A stretch of DNA of 61,637 bases, filler included, from 7 parts of 7 records of this genome joined end to end with filler, not necessarily neighbours in it, one strand, 5' to 3'. Counted from the first letter of the whole stretch, positions 40,385 through 50,039 are shown. The notes: generated from the letters alone by a model not told the origin. Numbers and translations are program-made.

Positions 40385-40440
40385 GTAGATTTTAAATTTA
40401 AATCCTGAAAGGGTGCTAGTATGCAAACTAACACCTTATC
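40385..40440. promoter_or_regulatory. Candidate oriT upstream of the relaxase
   Basis: Imperfect inverted repeat GGTGCTAGT-ATGCAA-ACTAACACC (40412-40435) about 70 bp upstream of the relaxase start. Confidence 0.45.
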
Positions 40441-40486
40441 AGGTTATGGTTATAAAATTGAAGCATAAAGCTTTCAATTTATATTA

Positions 40487-40834
40487 TTAAAAAGGGGAAG
40501 TACTCCTTTCATTTTCTTTTATTAATCTTGCAGATTCAACATCTAAATAGTAGCTTTTAGATATCTTCATTTTTAATTCAAATTCTTCTCCTATATCTTC
40601 TTCTCTAAATGAAAAGCTTTTATCTCTTGTTGCATACAGAGGATGAAAAACAGAGGTTTTGAACTTTTTATCATTTGTAGAAAAAAGTAGGAATAAGTTT
40701 TTAGATTTACCCCATCCTAAAAAGTCTAATTTTGCTCTTATTGTCTTACCTTCTATTTCTTCTTTTTTAAATTTATCTCCATATGAATCAAGTATTGGCA
40801 TAACTGTTTTAAAACTTAAAATTGTTTTTTTCAT
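40487..40834 (-). CDS. Hypothetical protein
   Basis: 115 aa, AAGGA RBS. Confidence 0.7.
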   Translation of the reverse strand: MKKTILSFKTVMPILDSYGDKFKKEEIEGKTIRAKLDFLGWGKSKNLFLLFSTNDKKFKTSVFHPLYATRDKSFSFREEDIGEEFELKMKISKSYYLDVESARLIKENERSTSPF

Positions 40835-40852
40835 AATATTTTCCTTTTATTT

Positions 40853-41065
40853 TTATTTATCTTGAGCAGTCAATCTCATTATTTTAATATCTCTTTTTAA
40901 CCTATTTTCTATATCTTCAATGTCCTCTACTCGTCCACCTTTAAACTCCATATATACTTCTTGTAGTTCGATATATAATCCAACTAATTCATTCAGCATT
41001 GCCTGGTATTCTTTTACTTCTTTTATTAAACTACTTCTTTTCATTTTTCCATAATTTTTATTCAT
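40853..41065 (-). CDS. Small hypothetical coiled-coil protein
   Basis: 70 aa, AAGGA RBS. Confidence 0.65.
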   Translation of the reverse strand: MNKNYGKMKRSSLIKEVKEYQAMLNELVGLYIELQEVYMEFKGGRVEDIEDIENRLKRDIKIMRLTAQDK

Positions 41066-41081
41066 AATTTTTTCCTTTTTA

Positions 41082-41095
41082 TTTCGCTCGCGAAA
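41082..41095. repeat. TTTCGC-NN-GCGAAA palindrome, copy 3
   Basis: TTTCGCTCGCGAAA just after the VirB6 stop codon. Confidence 0.8.
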
Positions 41096-41098
41096 TTA

Positions 41099-41543
41099 TT
41101 AATCTCTTCCACGAGCTTTAATATCATTCCACTTTTGACCTGTTTTATTTACAGCTACTTTACTCATCTTTTTTGCTCCTTTGTTTACCCCTGCACCAAC
41201 AAAACTCATACCAGTTGCTTTAGAAAAACCATCCATTATAGTTGTACCTGCACTTACTGTTCCAACTCCACTAGTTAAAGAGGTACCTTCATTTGAACTT
41301 CCTATAATTTGATTGATAATATTGGGTATTTTAAAAATGCCAAGAGCTGTTAAGACTTGAGCCAATGCTAAAACTAAAATCATATTGAAATTATTTTCAA
41401 AATCATTCTCTAATAATTTACTGATGTGCATAGTTAAATTTGTTGTCTCAACTGAAACGAGTCCAAAAAGGATTGTGAAAGGTGCATATAAAGAAACTGA
41501 TATATACAGCTTACACCAATTGTAGAAAATATATTCTGTCTTT
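41099..41543 (-). CDS. virB6: VirB6/TrbL-like type IV secretion inner-membrane protein, 5'-truncated
   Basis: Frame open to the contig end (QNIFYNWCKLYISVSLY...), TM segments, KIPNIINQIIG, Gly/Ser-rich tail. Confidence 0.65.
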
Positions 41544-41643
41544 NNNNNNNNNNNNNNNNNNNNNNNNNNNNNNNNNNNNNNNNNNNNTTAATTAATTAAN
41601 NNNNNNNNNNNNNNNNNNNNNNNNNNNNNNNNNNNNNNNNNNN
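41544..41643. other. Artificial contig spacer
   Basis: N44-TTAATTAATTAA-N44. Confidence 0.98.
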
Positions 41644-42036
41644 AAAGGCTTTTTAAGTGGTTGTGATGATTATCTGAAAAAACCTTTTGAACTTGAAGAG
41701 CTTCAATTACGTCTTGAAAATATCCAAAGGTTATATAATCTAAATAATCATATGGTTATAGATAAAAATATATCTTTAGATACAAATAGTTCAACTCTTT
41801 TTATTGATGATCTTCAATATAAGATCACCAATAAAGAGGTATTGATCTTAAAGTACCTTATTAAACATAAAGCTCGCTATATATCTATAGATGAACTTAT
41901 TCATAATATTTGGAGTTATGAAGAGAGTCCTACAGAAGCTACTATTCGAACTTATATAAAGAATTTACGTAAAATACTAGGTGAAAATAAAATTCAAAAC
42001 ATAAGAGGAGCTGGTTATCGTTTTATCAAAGAGTGA
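41644..42036 (+). CDS. OmpR-family response regulator, 5'-truncated
   Basis: GCDDYLKKPFELEEL...IRTYIKNLRK...IRGAGYRF. Confidence 0.92.
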   Translation, partial: KGFLSGCDDYLKKPFELEELQLRLENIQRLYNLNNHMVIDKNISLDTNSSTLFIDDLQYKITNKEVLILKYLIKHKARYISIDELIHNIWSYEESPTEATIRTYIKNLRKILGENKIQNIRGAGYRFIKE

Positions 42037-42064
42037 AAAAAGATCTTTTTATAATTTTATAGCA

Positions 42065-43159
42065 TTGTATTTAGGATCATCTTTTATTTTGATCATTTTA
42101 ATAGCTATTTTTTATTATGATGCGATGCAAAGCTCTCTTTTTCAAAATAAAAAAGATCAAATGAAAAACCATGCGATGAGTATTGGTTCTCAAGTTATTT
42201 ATGCACATATGAATAATAAAGAGTTTCACTTTAAGGAGTTTGGAACTTGTGATATAGGACTTTATTCAAAAGATCATACTTTGCTTTTTGGTAAGAGTAT
42301 TGACGGGGTTGATTTTACTAAAACTCAATTTACTCAAGGCAAAGATTTATATATAATCGATCGTTCATCACAAATGCATTTAGGTGTAAAATTTATTGTT
42401 TTAAAAGATAAAGAGTTGTATCAACTCAAAAGAACTTTACAAAAAAAAGTGATATTTTTTACTTTAATTACCTTAGTGTTGATAGGCTTTATAGGATATT
42501 TTTTAGGACAACTGTTTTTACGACCTATAATTAGTGAAAGAAAAAAGCTTGATAGATTTTTAAAAGATATTACTCATGAGTTAAATACTCCAATATCTGC
42601 TTTAGTGATGAGTACACGCTCTTTAGATAAAAAGCATTCAAAAGTAGTAAAAAGGATCCACTTAAGTGCTACACGGATATCAAATCTTTATAATGATCTT
42701 TGCTACTTGATTATGAATGATATAGAAAAACAAACTTCTATAAAAAGCTTAGATATAAAAGAGGTGATACAAGAGTATCTCACACTTTTAGAAGAGTATG
42801 CCATAAGTAAAAAGATATCAGTAAAAGTAGATATAGAAAGTTTTTTTTATGATATGGATGAAGAATCTGCTAAAAGACTAATATCTAATTTATTATCCAA
42901 TGCCTTTAAGTATACAAAACCAAATAAAGATATTTTTATCTCTTTAAAAAATGGAGTTTTATTGATAGAAGATTCCGGAATAGGGATAAAAGAGGATAAA
43001 ATCAAAGCTATCAAACAAAGATATTTTAGAGCTGATGAAACACAAAGTGGTTTTGGGATAGGATTAAATATTGTTGATATGGTATGTAAAAAATATCATA
43101 TAGAGTTTTTTATAGAATCCGAGTACGGTGTGGGTACAAGTGTAAAGTTAGTTTTTTAA
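42065..43159 (+). CDS. Sensor histidine kinase (true start probably slightly upstream)
   Basis: Two TM segments, HELNTP, NLLSNAFKY, DSGIGI, GFGIGL. Confidence 0.93.
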   Translation: MYLGSSFILIILIAIFYYDAMQSSLFQNKKDQMKNHAMSIGSQVIYAHMNNKEFHFKEFGTCDIGLYSKDHTLLFGKSIDGVDFTKTQFTQGKDLYIIDRSSQMHLGVKFIVLKDKELYQLKRTLQKKVIFFTLITLVLIGFIGYFLGQLFLRPIISERKKLDRFLKDITHELNTPISALVMSTRSLDKKHSKVVKRIHLSATRISNLYNDLCYLIMNDIEKQTSIKSLDIKEVIQEYLTLLEEYAISKKISVKVDIESFFYDMDEESAKRLISNLLSNAFKYTKPNKDIFISLKNGVLLIEDSGIGIKEDKIKAIKQRYFRADETQSGFGIGLNIVDMVCKKYHIEFFIESEYGVGTSVKLVF

Positions 43160-43932
43160 CTTCCACATTTTCCTGCGCCACATTTTCCTGCTCCGCATCT
43201 CATCATTGTTGTTTTTGGAGTTTCATCATTAAATTCAGCTTCTATTTGCTGTTCATATTGAGCTTCAAGCATTTTTGTTTTCTCCTCCTCACTCATCATC
43301 ATATGAGGAAGCATCTGCATTGCCATTGATTTATGGGGAGTATTGATACTAAAGTTATATAAAGAGACAACAATAAAAATAGAGCTTATTCCAATAATTG
43401 CTTTTTGAATAAAAGAAAAGGTTTGAATAGGATCTTTTTGTCTTATTTCACAAACTCCACCTGGACAGTTTGTAGCTTTTTTCTTTTTAATAAAATGAAA
43501 TAGTTTACATCCAAGGCAAATAGAAAATGCTGATTCACTCATCAAGAGTATTAGACATGTTACGCAGATAACTATTTTTATTGGATTCATCTGAGGATCT
43601 ATGGCTACAAGATAAAACATTGGGATAGATAGAATAAGTCCAATAGACCATGCAAAACGTTTTTGTTCAGCACCAACATATTCAGGTATTTGATTTTGTA
43701 TAAATATCCGACCAATCAACATACTTGGAGAAAAACTAGGATTAATAATACGAATAAAAAAATCTACCATAAAAAACCCAACAAAATATTGAGTAAAGGC
43801 AAAGTTTCCTAACATGAAACTATTTAAAAAACTTAAAAATCCAAAAGCAAATAAAATACCTGCAGCTGCTCTTGCTTCTCTTTCGTTGATCACTGGTTGA
43901 TCATATCCTTGTACTATTTCTCCAAAAGCCAT
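43156..43932 (-). CDS. DUF4395-like membrane protein with a C-terminal CGAGKCGAGKCG tail
   Basis: NEREARAAAG, QKRFAWSIG, ESAFSICLGC, CPGGVC; ends TMMRCGAGKCGAGKCGS. Confidence 0.8.
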   Translation of the reverse strand: MAFGEIVQGYDQPVINEREARAAAGILFAFGFLSFLNSFMLGNFAFTQYFVGFFMVDFFIRIINPSFSPSMLIGRIFIQNQIPEYVGAEQKRFAWSIGLILSIPMFYLVAIDPQMNPIKIVICVTCLILLMSESAFSICLGCKLFHFIKKKKATNCPGGVCEIRQKDPIQTFSFIQKAIIGISSIFIVVSLYNFSINTPHKSMAMQMLPHMMMSEEEKTKMLEAQYEQQIEAEFNDETPKTTMMRCGAGKCGAGKCGS

Positions 43933-43978
43933 AATTATTCCTATTGTAAAGATTTGTTATAAAAGGATACTGTTTTTA

Positions 43979-43997
43979 TGTGTAGTGAGTGTGTAGT
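43979..43997. promoter_or_regulatory. Tandem direct repeat, candidate OmpR-family binding site
   Basis: TGTGTAGT twice with an 11-bp period upstream of the DUF4395-like gene. Confidence 0.45.
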
Positions 43998-44037
43998 AAA
44001 ACAGCAGATAATCTAAAAGGAAATTATCTGCTATTTT
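43998..44037 (-). terminator. Rho-independent terminator of the small HTH gene
   Basis: AGCAGATAAT-N10-ATTATCTGCT flanked by A/T runs. Confidence 0.65.
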
Positions 44038-44045
44038 AATAGGAA

Positions 44046-44276
44046 TTAAGAAACTTTTTGTTGCTCTTTATTGATTCTTTCTTCCAGTTTTTTCTTTTGA
44101 TCAATCAAAAACATGATGTTTTCTTTTAGAGCAGTTCTGTGTTCATACGAATCTATAATAAACTCATACAACTTAGGTCGATTCTGTTTCCAGTTATGTA
44201 ACGTAGTCTTGTTCACTTCAAGATCGTTTTCAAGCTTACGTAAACTTGGACCTTTTTTGGTGTTAGGTGCGGTCAT
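44046..44276 (-). CDS. Small HTH-like DNA-binding protein
   Basis: SLRKLENDLEVNKTTLHNWK (HTH-like) plus a coiled-coil tail; AAGGAG RBS before ATG 44276. Confidence 0.7.
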   Translation of the reverse strand: MTAPNTKKGPSLRKLENDLEVNKTTLHNWKQNRPKLYEFIIDSYEHRTALKENIMFLIDQKKKLEERINKEQQKVS

Positions 44277-44306
44277 CTCTCTCCTTTCAAAAGTAGTTTC
44301 GCCAAA

Positions 44307-44371
44307 TTGTACCAAATATTGGAACAATAGTCAAGATTAAATATCAATTTTGTTCCAATTATTGGAACAAA
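44307..44371. promoter_or_regulatory. Two palindromic operator-like sites in a divergent intergenic region
   Basis: TTGTACCAAATATTGGAACAA (44307-44327) and TTTGTTCCAATTATTGGAACAAA (44349-44371). Confidence 0.7.
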
Positions 44372-44405
44372 TGAGCTTGAAAGTCTTGATTCTGTACAAT
44401 TTCAA

Positions 44406-45056
44406 ATGATTTTGCAAAAAGATAAAAGTTTTTTATTAAATACTTTATATAGTTATAAATGTTTCGGTGTGGAATATATAGAAGAGTTTGATTATAAAAA
44501 TCTAAGAAATAAAAAAGTGAGCTTTGAGTTGCCAAATGATTATTCAAAGCTTTTAGAGTTTATTGAACACTGCTCTTTATGTGAGCTTTCTAAGTTGACT
44601 GATAAAAAGACCATCGGGACTGGAAACTCTTTAAGTCAGGTTTATTTTGTGTATGATCTTGTAAATTTAAAAGATAAAAATATCTTAAATATATTAGAGC
44701 AGATCTTAAGAATACTTGAACTTTCTTTTCAAGAGATTTATATGACAAATATTATAAAATGTGCTGTAGATTTAGCAAAAGAAAATAAAGATAAATATTG
44801 TGAAATTTGTAAAGAGTACACTTTACAGCAAATAAAAATCAAACAGCCCTCTACAATAATTACTTTTGGAGAAAGTTGGAGACATTTTTTAAATCTTGGT
44901 GAAAATGATCCTATTCTTTTTGGAAAAGAGTATAGTTATAACAATAGTAAATTATTTGCTTTATATGACTTGGAGTTTTTATATAAAAATCCATCATATT
45001 TAGGCGATATGCAAGAGCATTTAGAAAAAGTAAAAAGGTATATAAAAGGTGAGTAA
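44406..45056 (+). CDS. Family-4 uracil-DNA glycosylase-like protein (degenerate)
   Basis: CSLC, TNIIKC, ICKEY..QQI....P..IITFG; catalytic motifs altered. Confidence 0.7.
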   Translation: MILQKDKSFLLNTLYSYKCFGVEYIEEFDYKNLRNKKVSFELPNDYSKLLEFIEHCSLCELSKLTDKKTIGTGNSLSQVYFVYDLVNLKDKNILNILEQILRILELSFQEIYMTNIIKCAVDLAKENKDKYCEICKEYTLQQIKIKQPSTIITFGESWRHFLNLGENDPILFGKEYSYNNSKLFALYDLEFLYKNPSYLGDMQEHLEKVKRYIKGE

Positions 45057-46209
45057 AAATATATTTGTATTAATACTAATAGCTGTTATTTTTGCAGGGT
45101 GTAGTATAAAAACTGAAAATGGAAATGTTGTTTATTCTTCTCAAATAATACAAAAAAGTGAGACTGTAACAAAAGAGACTCCTAAAAGCACAGAAAACTC
45201 CTCTTCTGTATTTGTAACTAATGAAGAAAAAGCGCCATTGCAAGAGGAGGAACCACAAAGTGAAATATCAAAAAGTAATTATATCTCTATTGTTTATCCA
45301 TCTGCTGAGATAAATAGATATGCCTTAGAAGCTACAAATACTATCAATGGATATCTTCTTCAAGTACATAGTGAAAAAAACTTTCATTTAAAGACTCTAG
45401 ATATAATGAGACAGTCTAAACAAAGCATTAAAAATGCTTTTGATGCTATTTCTCAAGAGGGGATCACAAAAGTGATCTTAATGATCACAAAAGAGTATAT
45501 TGATGTATTAAAAGAGATTGATAATATAGAACAGTTTACAATAGTACTCCCTTTGATCAATAAACAGGAGCTAGGCTTTAATAAAGAGTTTAATTATCCA
45601 AATATTTTATTTGCAGGAGTGAGTTATCAAGATCAATTTAAAAAACTCTCATCATATGTGAATGGGTATCCGTTAAATGAGTTTTATGATAATTCTGCTA
45701 TTGGAGAAACACTCCATACTTTTTTATCTAGTGAGCCAGTGAAATACTCAAAACAGATCAATGATAATAATGGACGATATAAAAAAGTAGTCTCTTCTCT
45801 TCGGTCACGTCTTAATGGTTCAGCACTGATTTTGAATACGCCTATTGTAAAAAGCTCAATGCTATTATCAGCTCTTACAGCAGAGGAGGTACGTCCAAGA
45901 GTAGTTCTTTCAACGCAGCTTAATTTTACCCCTTTAGTGTTTTCTTTAACACAAAGAGGTGATAGAAATAGTTTAATTATTGCAAGTTCTATTGGACAGA
46001 TACCTGATATGCTAGAGGGGTATAGTGAACTTTTAGGAAATAACATACTTTATAACTGGGTAAATTATAGTAGTATGATCGCAATAGAGTATTTAAAATC
46101 AGAAGATATCTCAATTTTTAAAGATATTACCATTGAAAATGGACAGGTGATCTATCCTGTAAAACTTTATAAGGTGCAAAGAAGTTCATTCTCTTTGCTC
46201 CCTTTTTAA
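45049..46209 (+). CDS. Hypothetical lipoprotein
   Basis: Lipobox FAGC; 386 aa. Confidence 0.8.
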   Translation: MSKNIFVLILIAVIFAGCSIKTENGNVVYSSQIIQKSETVTKETPKSTENSSSVFVTNEEKAPLQEEEPQSEISKSNYISIVYPSAEINRYALEATNTINGYLLQVHSEKNFHLKTLDIMRQSKQSIKNAFDAISQEGITKVILMITKEYIDVLKEIDNIEQFTIVLPLINKQELGFNKEFNYPNILFAGVSYQDQFKKLSSYVNGYPLNEFYDNSAIGETLHTFLSSEPVKYSKQINDNNGRYKKVVSSLRSRLNGSALILNTPIVKSSMLLSALTAEEVRPRVVLSTQLNFTPLVFSLTQRGDRNSLIIASSIGQIPDMLEGYSELLGNNILYNWVNYSSMIAIEYLKSEDISIFKDITIENGQVIYPVKLYKVQRSSFSLLPF

Positions 46210-46219
46210 AGCTAGAAGT

Positions 46220-46840
46220 TTAAATCTTATCTAAGATCTGTGTAAGATCTTTTGTATCTATAATTATATTAGCTTCTTTTTTTAAGATATCTTTGGCACA
46301 AAATGCGATTCTAGTATTGGCAAATTTAAACATACTTCTATCATTTGCACCATCTCCAACGACTAAAGTATCGGTTCTATGAATATTTAAAAGTCTTTGT
46401 AATCTTTGGATCATCTCCCCTTTTGAATAATCAAACATCATCTCTCCACCAACAAGTCCTGTCAATTTTCCATCTTTATGATGTAAAATATTTGAAAAGT
46501 CTGCATCAAGTCCAAGTTTCTCTTTAGCAGGCTCAGTTCCCACTCGAAATCCTCCACTAAAACAAACTGTTTTATAACCTTTTTTTTGAAGCTCACTTAT
46601 AGTCTCATACGCTCCTGGCATCAAAGGAAGGTTTCTTCCAATCTCTACAACTTTTTCATGCTCTAAACCTTTTAGTAGGTTTACCCTTGTGATAAGACTC
46701 TCAAAAAAGTCAAGTTTCCCTTGCATCGCTTGTTCTGTGATCGCAGCAACTTTCTCTTCAAGTCCAAGTTCTGCGGCAAAAAAATCAATAGTCTCTCCAT
46801 CCATAAGTGTTGAGTCAAAATCAAATACAGCCAGTTTCAT
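46220..46840 (-). CDS. serB: Phosphoserine phosphatase
   Basis: FDFDSTL..ETID, SGGF, GDGAND. Confidence 0.95.
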   Translation of the reverse strand: MKLAVFDFDSTLMDGETIDFFAAELGLEEKVAAITEQAMQGKLDFFESLITRVNLLKGLEHEKVVEIGRNLPLMPGAYETISELQKKGYKTVCFSGGFRVGTEPAKEKLGLDADFSNILHHKDGKLTGLVGGEMMFDYSKGEMIQRLQRLLNIHRTDTLVVGDGANDRSMFKFANTRIAFCAKDILKKEANIIIDTKDLTQILDKI

Positions 46841-46928
46841 AGCTACTCCATATATTAGTATAAATTTGGTATAATCAGAGGATTATATCAAATAGAGTAT
46901 AAAACTTTTTAAAAGGCAAAAATCCTAT

Positions 46929-47840
46929 ATGTTTGAACAATTAATTGAAAAACTACAAAATGATAAATATATTACACTAGAAACTACTCCATCTCATGAG
47001 CCAACTTTTGATGGAATTATAGAAAAAATTAAAAAACTTCACCTTGAATCAAAGGTAGATGGTTTTAGTACTACAGACAATCCTCTTGCAAAATTAAAAT
47101 ATAATGCAATGTTTGCTGCTTTAAAATTGCAACAAAGTTTTAATAAACCAGTGATCGCTACAATGAGTATGCGAGATAAAAACAAAATCGCTTTACAAAG
47201 TGATCTTCTTGGAGGTAATGACTTTGATATAAGAGCAGTTCTTGCTCTTACAGGAGATCCTGCTCATATGAGTGATCAACCACGTGTCAAAGGGGTGTTT
47301 GAAGGAAACTCTACGGTTCTTTTAGAGATGATCAATTCATTTAATAATGGGATGGACTATTCAGGGAAACCATTTAAAACTGCTCCTAAAAAAATCTATC
47401 CATATGCAGTAACAAATTCATTTGCTAAAAATATGAGATCCTTAGAGAAAAAAATGACAAAAAAAGTACAAAATGGAGCGCTAGGGATCATTTCCCAACC
47501 TGTATATGATATTGAGAATGCAAAACAGCTTATAGAGTACTTTACCAATGTGCAAAATAGTTTCCATGATGAGAGAAAAAAAGCACAACTTATCTTAGGA
47601 GTGTTTCCTATAACAAAACTTCGTACAGCACAATTCTTATCTTCCCATGTACCAGGTATCCATGTTCCAGATATGTGGAGTGAAAAACTTGCAAAAGCTG
47701 CAAAAATTGGTGAAGAGGAAGAGTATAAAGTAGGGATGGAATTGAGTCAAAATCTTTTAGACTCAATTTTAAAGATCCATCCAAAAGTTCATCTAATGAC
47801 AGCTAATAGATTTGAGATTGCAAGTGAGTTATTAGACTAG
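46929..47840 (+). CDS. metF: Methylenetetrahydrofolate reductase
   Basis: TDNPLA, MRDKNKIALQSDLLG, LALTGDP, ISQPVYD. Confidence 0.88.
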   Translation: MFEQLIEKLQNDKYITLETTPSHEPTFDGIIEKIKKLHLESKVDGFSTTDNPLAKLKYNAMFAALKLQQSFNKPVIATMSMRDKNKIALQSDLLGGNDFDIRAVLALTGDPAHMSDQPRVKGVFEGNSTVLLEMINSFNNGMDYSGKPFKTAPKKIYPYAVTNSFAKNMRSLEKKMTKKVQNGALGIISQPVYDIENAKQLIEYFTNVQNSFHDERKKAQLILGVFPITKLRTAQFLSSHVPGIHVPDMWSEKLAKAAKIGEEEEYKVGMELSQNLLDSILKIHPKVHLMTANRFEIASELLD

Positions 47841-48230
47841 ATGCAAAAAAAATACGCTGCAATCGATATAGGTCTTAAAAGAATAGGGTGTGCCTTATCT
47901 TTGGCTTCAAATATAGTAAGTCCACAAGAGGCAATTTTAAGAAAAAATAGAGATCAAGCAGCAAGAGATGTAAGTGCATTTTTAAAAGAATGGGCAATTG
48001 ATACTTTAGTGGTAGGATACCCTGAATCAAGTGAAGATATGAAACCGCGTGTAAAACATTTTGTAACTCTTTTAGATTTTACCGGAGAAGTTGTTTTTCA
48101 AAATGAAAATATGAGTTCTTTAGAAGCAAAAGAGCTTACCAAAGGGGAGATCAAACAAAAGCGTGATGGAAGGATCGATTCGATTGCTGCAAAAATAATT
48201 CTTGAGCGGTATTTAGGAAGCGTAACATGA
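47841..48230 (+). CDS. ruvX: YqgF/RuvX-family nuclease
   Basis: [29 protein letters not shown]. Confidence 0.92.
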   Translation: MQKKYAAIDIGLKRIGCALSLASNIVSPQEAILRKNRDQAARDVSAFLKEWAIDTLVVGYPESSEDMKPRVKHFVTLLDFTGEVVFQNENMSSLEAKELTKGEIKQKRDGRIDSIAAKIILERYLGSVT

Positions 48231-48583
48231 TTGGTATAGATATGGTAGTGATTTCAAGAATAGAGAAGCTTATTGAAAAATTTGGAGATAAAGCTTTAAA
48301 GAGATTCTTATCAGATGAAGAGATAGCGTTAGTAAAAAGCCCAAGTAGTGTAGCAGGATTTTGGGCAGCAAAAGAAGCATCAAGCAAGGCCTTAGGTGTA
48401 GGAATAGGGAGTGAATGTGGATTTCATGATATATGTATCTCTAAAACAGCTAAAGGTGCTCCTATGATCACATTTACAGATGAGATCATAAAAAACTTTT
48501 CTATAAAAGATAGCTCATTAAGTATTACTCACGATGGAGGATTTGCTATAGCTGTAGTAGCAATTGAGACAAACAATGAATAA
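48227..48583 (+). CDS. acpS: Holo-ACP synthase
   Basis: [26 protein letters not shown]. Confidence 0.95.
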   Translation: MIGIDMVVISRIEKLIEKFGDKALKRFLSDEEIALVKSPSSVAGFWAAKEASSKALGVGIGSECGFHDICISKTAKGAPMITFTDEIIKNFSIKDSSLSITHDGGFAIAVVAIETNNE

Positions 48584-49541
48584 GATCATTATAAAAAAAA
48601 CTATCTATTTAGTATTTATGTTATTTATTATCTCTGTAATATCTTTTACTGCGATCAATTTAGCACCAAATAGTTTTTTTGCGAGTGGAGAGCTCAATCC
48701 AAATATTACCCCTGAAGCAGTCGCTCAGCTTAAAGAGGTGTATGGTTTAGATAAGCCTTTATATGTTCAGTTTTTTTCATGGATGTATAATATTATTCAA
48801 CTTGATTTTGGGATCTCTTTTGCAAGTGGCGCATCAGTTCAAGATGAGATATTAAGCCGAATACCAATCACTCTTACAATTAATATAATCAGTATGTTTT
48901 TTATCTTTTTTATATCTTTATATCTAGGGGTAAAAGCTGCTTTAAATAAAGATAAATGGCTGGATCGTGCTATTGGGCAGCTCTCACTGGTAAGTTTCTC
49001 TTTGCCTTCATTTTATCTGGCATTACTTTTAGTACTAGTATTTGCAGTAACTTTAGAAGTTTTACCAATTGCAGGACTTCATAGTAGTGGATTAGAAGAA
49101 GGGACTATGGAGTATTACTTAGATACTGCTTGGCATCTTATCCTTCCTATTGGAATCATTATCTTTAGTGGAATAGGGAGTTTGATCCTTTATATAAGAT
49201 CACTTACTTTAGAGATTTTAAAAAGTGATTATATTTTTTGGGCAAAATCAAGAGGACTAAAGGATAATCAAATCTTACGATATTATATTTTGCCAAATCT
49301 TTATCCACCTGTAATTACTCTTTTGGGGCTTTCTCTTCCAGGAATCATTGGAGGGAGTGTTATTTTAGAGACGATCTTTAGTATTGATGGGATGGGATTA
49401 TTGTTTTTTCAATCAGCTTTAAGCAGGGACTACCCAGTAATTATGGGGATACTTATCATTGGAGCTTTTTTAACACTTTTAGGAAATATTATTGCTGATT
49501 TATTTCTTTTAAAACTCAATCCAAGTTTTAAACAGGAGTAA
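48576..49541 (+). CDS. Peptide/nickel ABC transporter permease (DppB/OppB-like)
   Basis: [26 protein letters not shown]. Confidence 0.92.
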   Translation: MNKIIIKKTIYLVFMLFIISVISFTAINLAPNSFFASGELNPNITPEAVAQLKEVYGLDKPLYVQFFSWMYNIIQLDFGISFASGASVQDEILSRIPITLTINIISMFFIFFISLYLGVKAALNKDKWLDRAIGQLSLVSFSLPSFYLALLLVLVFAVTLEVLPIAGLHSSGLEEGTMEYYLDTAWHLILPIGIIIFSGIGSLILYIRSLTLEILKSDYIFWAKSRGLKDNQILRYYILPNLYPPVITLLGLSLPGIIGGSVILETIFSIDGMGLLFFQSALSRDYPVIMGILIIGAFLTLLGNIIADLFLLKLNPSFKQE

Positions 49542-49547
49542 AAAGGC

Positions 49548-50039
49548 CTAAAACCTTTTTACATAGGAGTGACAATAAGGGATCTTATTGTGTTTAAAGT
49601 AGTAATCTTGATGATAGTCCTCAGCTTCAAAAAATGGAGTATTGTGAGTTGAGATAAGTTTTGTTGCTATTTTATACCCTTTTGCTTCAAGTTCATTGAT
49701 TAGTTTTTTAGCAATCTCTTTTTCCTCTTGAGTCCCATAAAAGATTGCACTTAGGTATTGTGATCCAAGGTCAGGACCTTGTCCATTGGTTTGTTCTGGA
49801 TCATGGGTTTCAAAAAAAAGTTTTGCTAAGGTTTCAAAGTCTACTTCCTCATCATTATATTCTACTTTTACCACTTCAAGATGTCCTGTATTTCCATAAC
49901 AAACTTCTTTATAGCTTGGATTGTTTAGATGACCTCCCATATAACCACTAATGGCACTTTTTACCCCTTGAAAGTTTTCAAAAAAGTATTCTACTCCCCA
50001 AAAACATCCTCCTGCAAAGTATGCTTGTTTTATTGCCAT
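49548..50039 (-). CDS. msrA: Peptide-methionine (S)-S-oxide reductase
   Basis: GGCFWG, GHLEVV, HDP, AEDYHQDY. Confidence 0.95.
   Translation of the reverse strand: MAIKQAYFAGGCFWGVEYFFENFQGVKSAISGYMGGHLNNPSYKEVCYGNTGHLEVVKVEYNDEEVDFETLAKLFFETHDPEQTNGQGPDLGSQYLSAIFYGTQEEKEIAKKLINELEAKGYKIATKLISTHNTPFFEAEDYHQDYYFKHNKIPYCHSYVKRF

Larger units (their letters stand above)
35790..41543 (-). mobile_element. Fragment of a plasmid/ICE (VirB6, MOBV-like relaxase, candidate oriT, small hypothetical genes)
   Basis: Gene content, co-oriented small ORFs, very low GC, no housekeeping genes. Confidence 0.75.
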
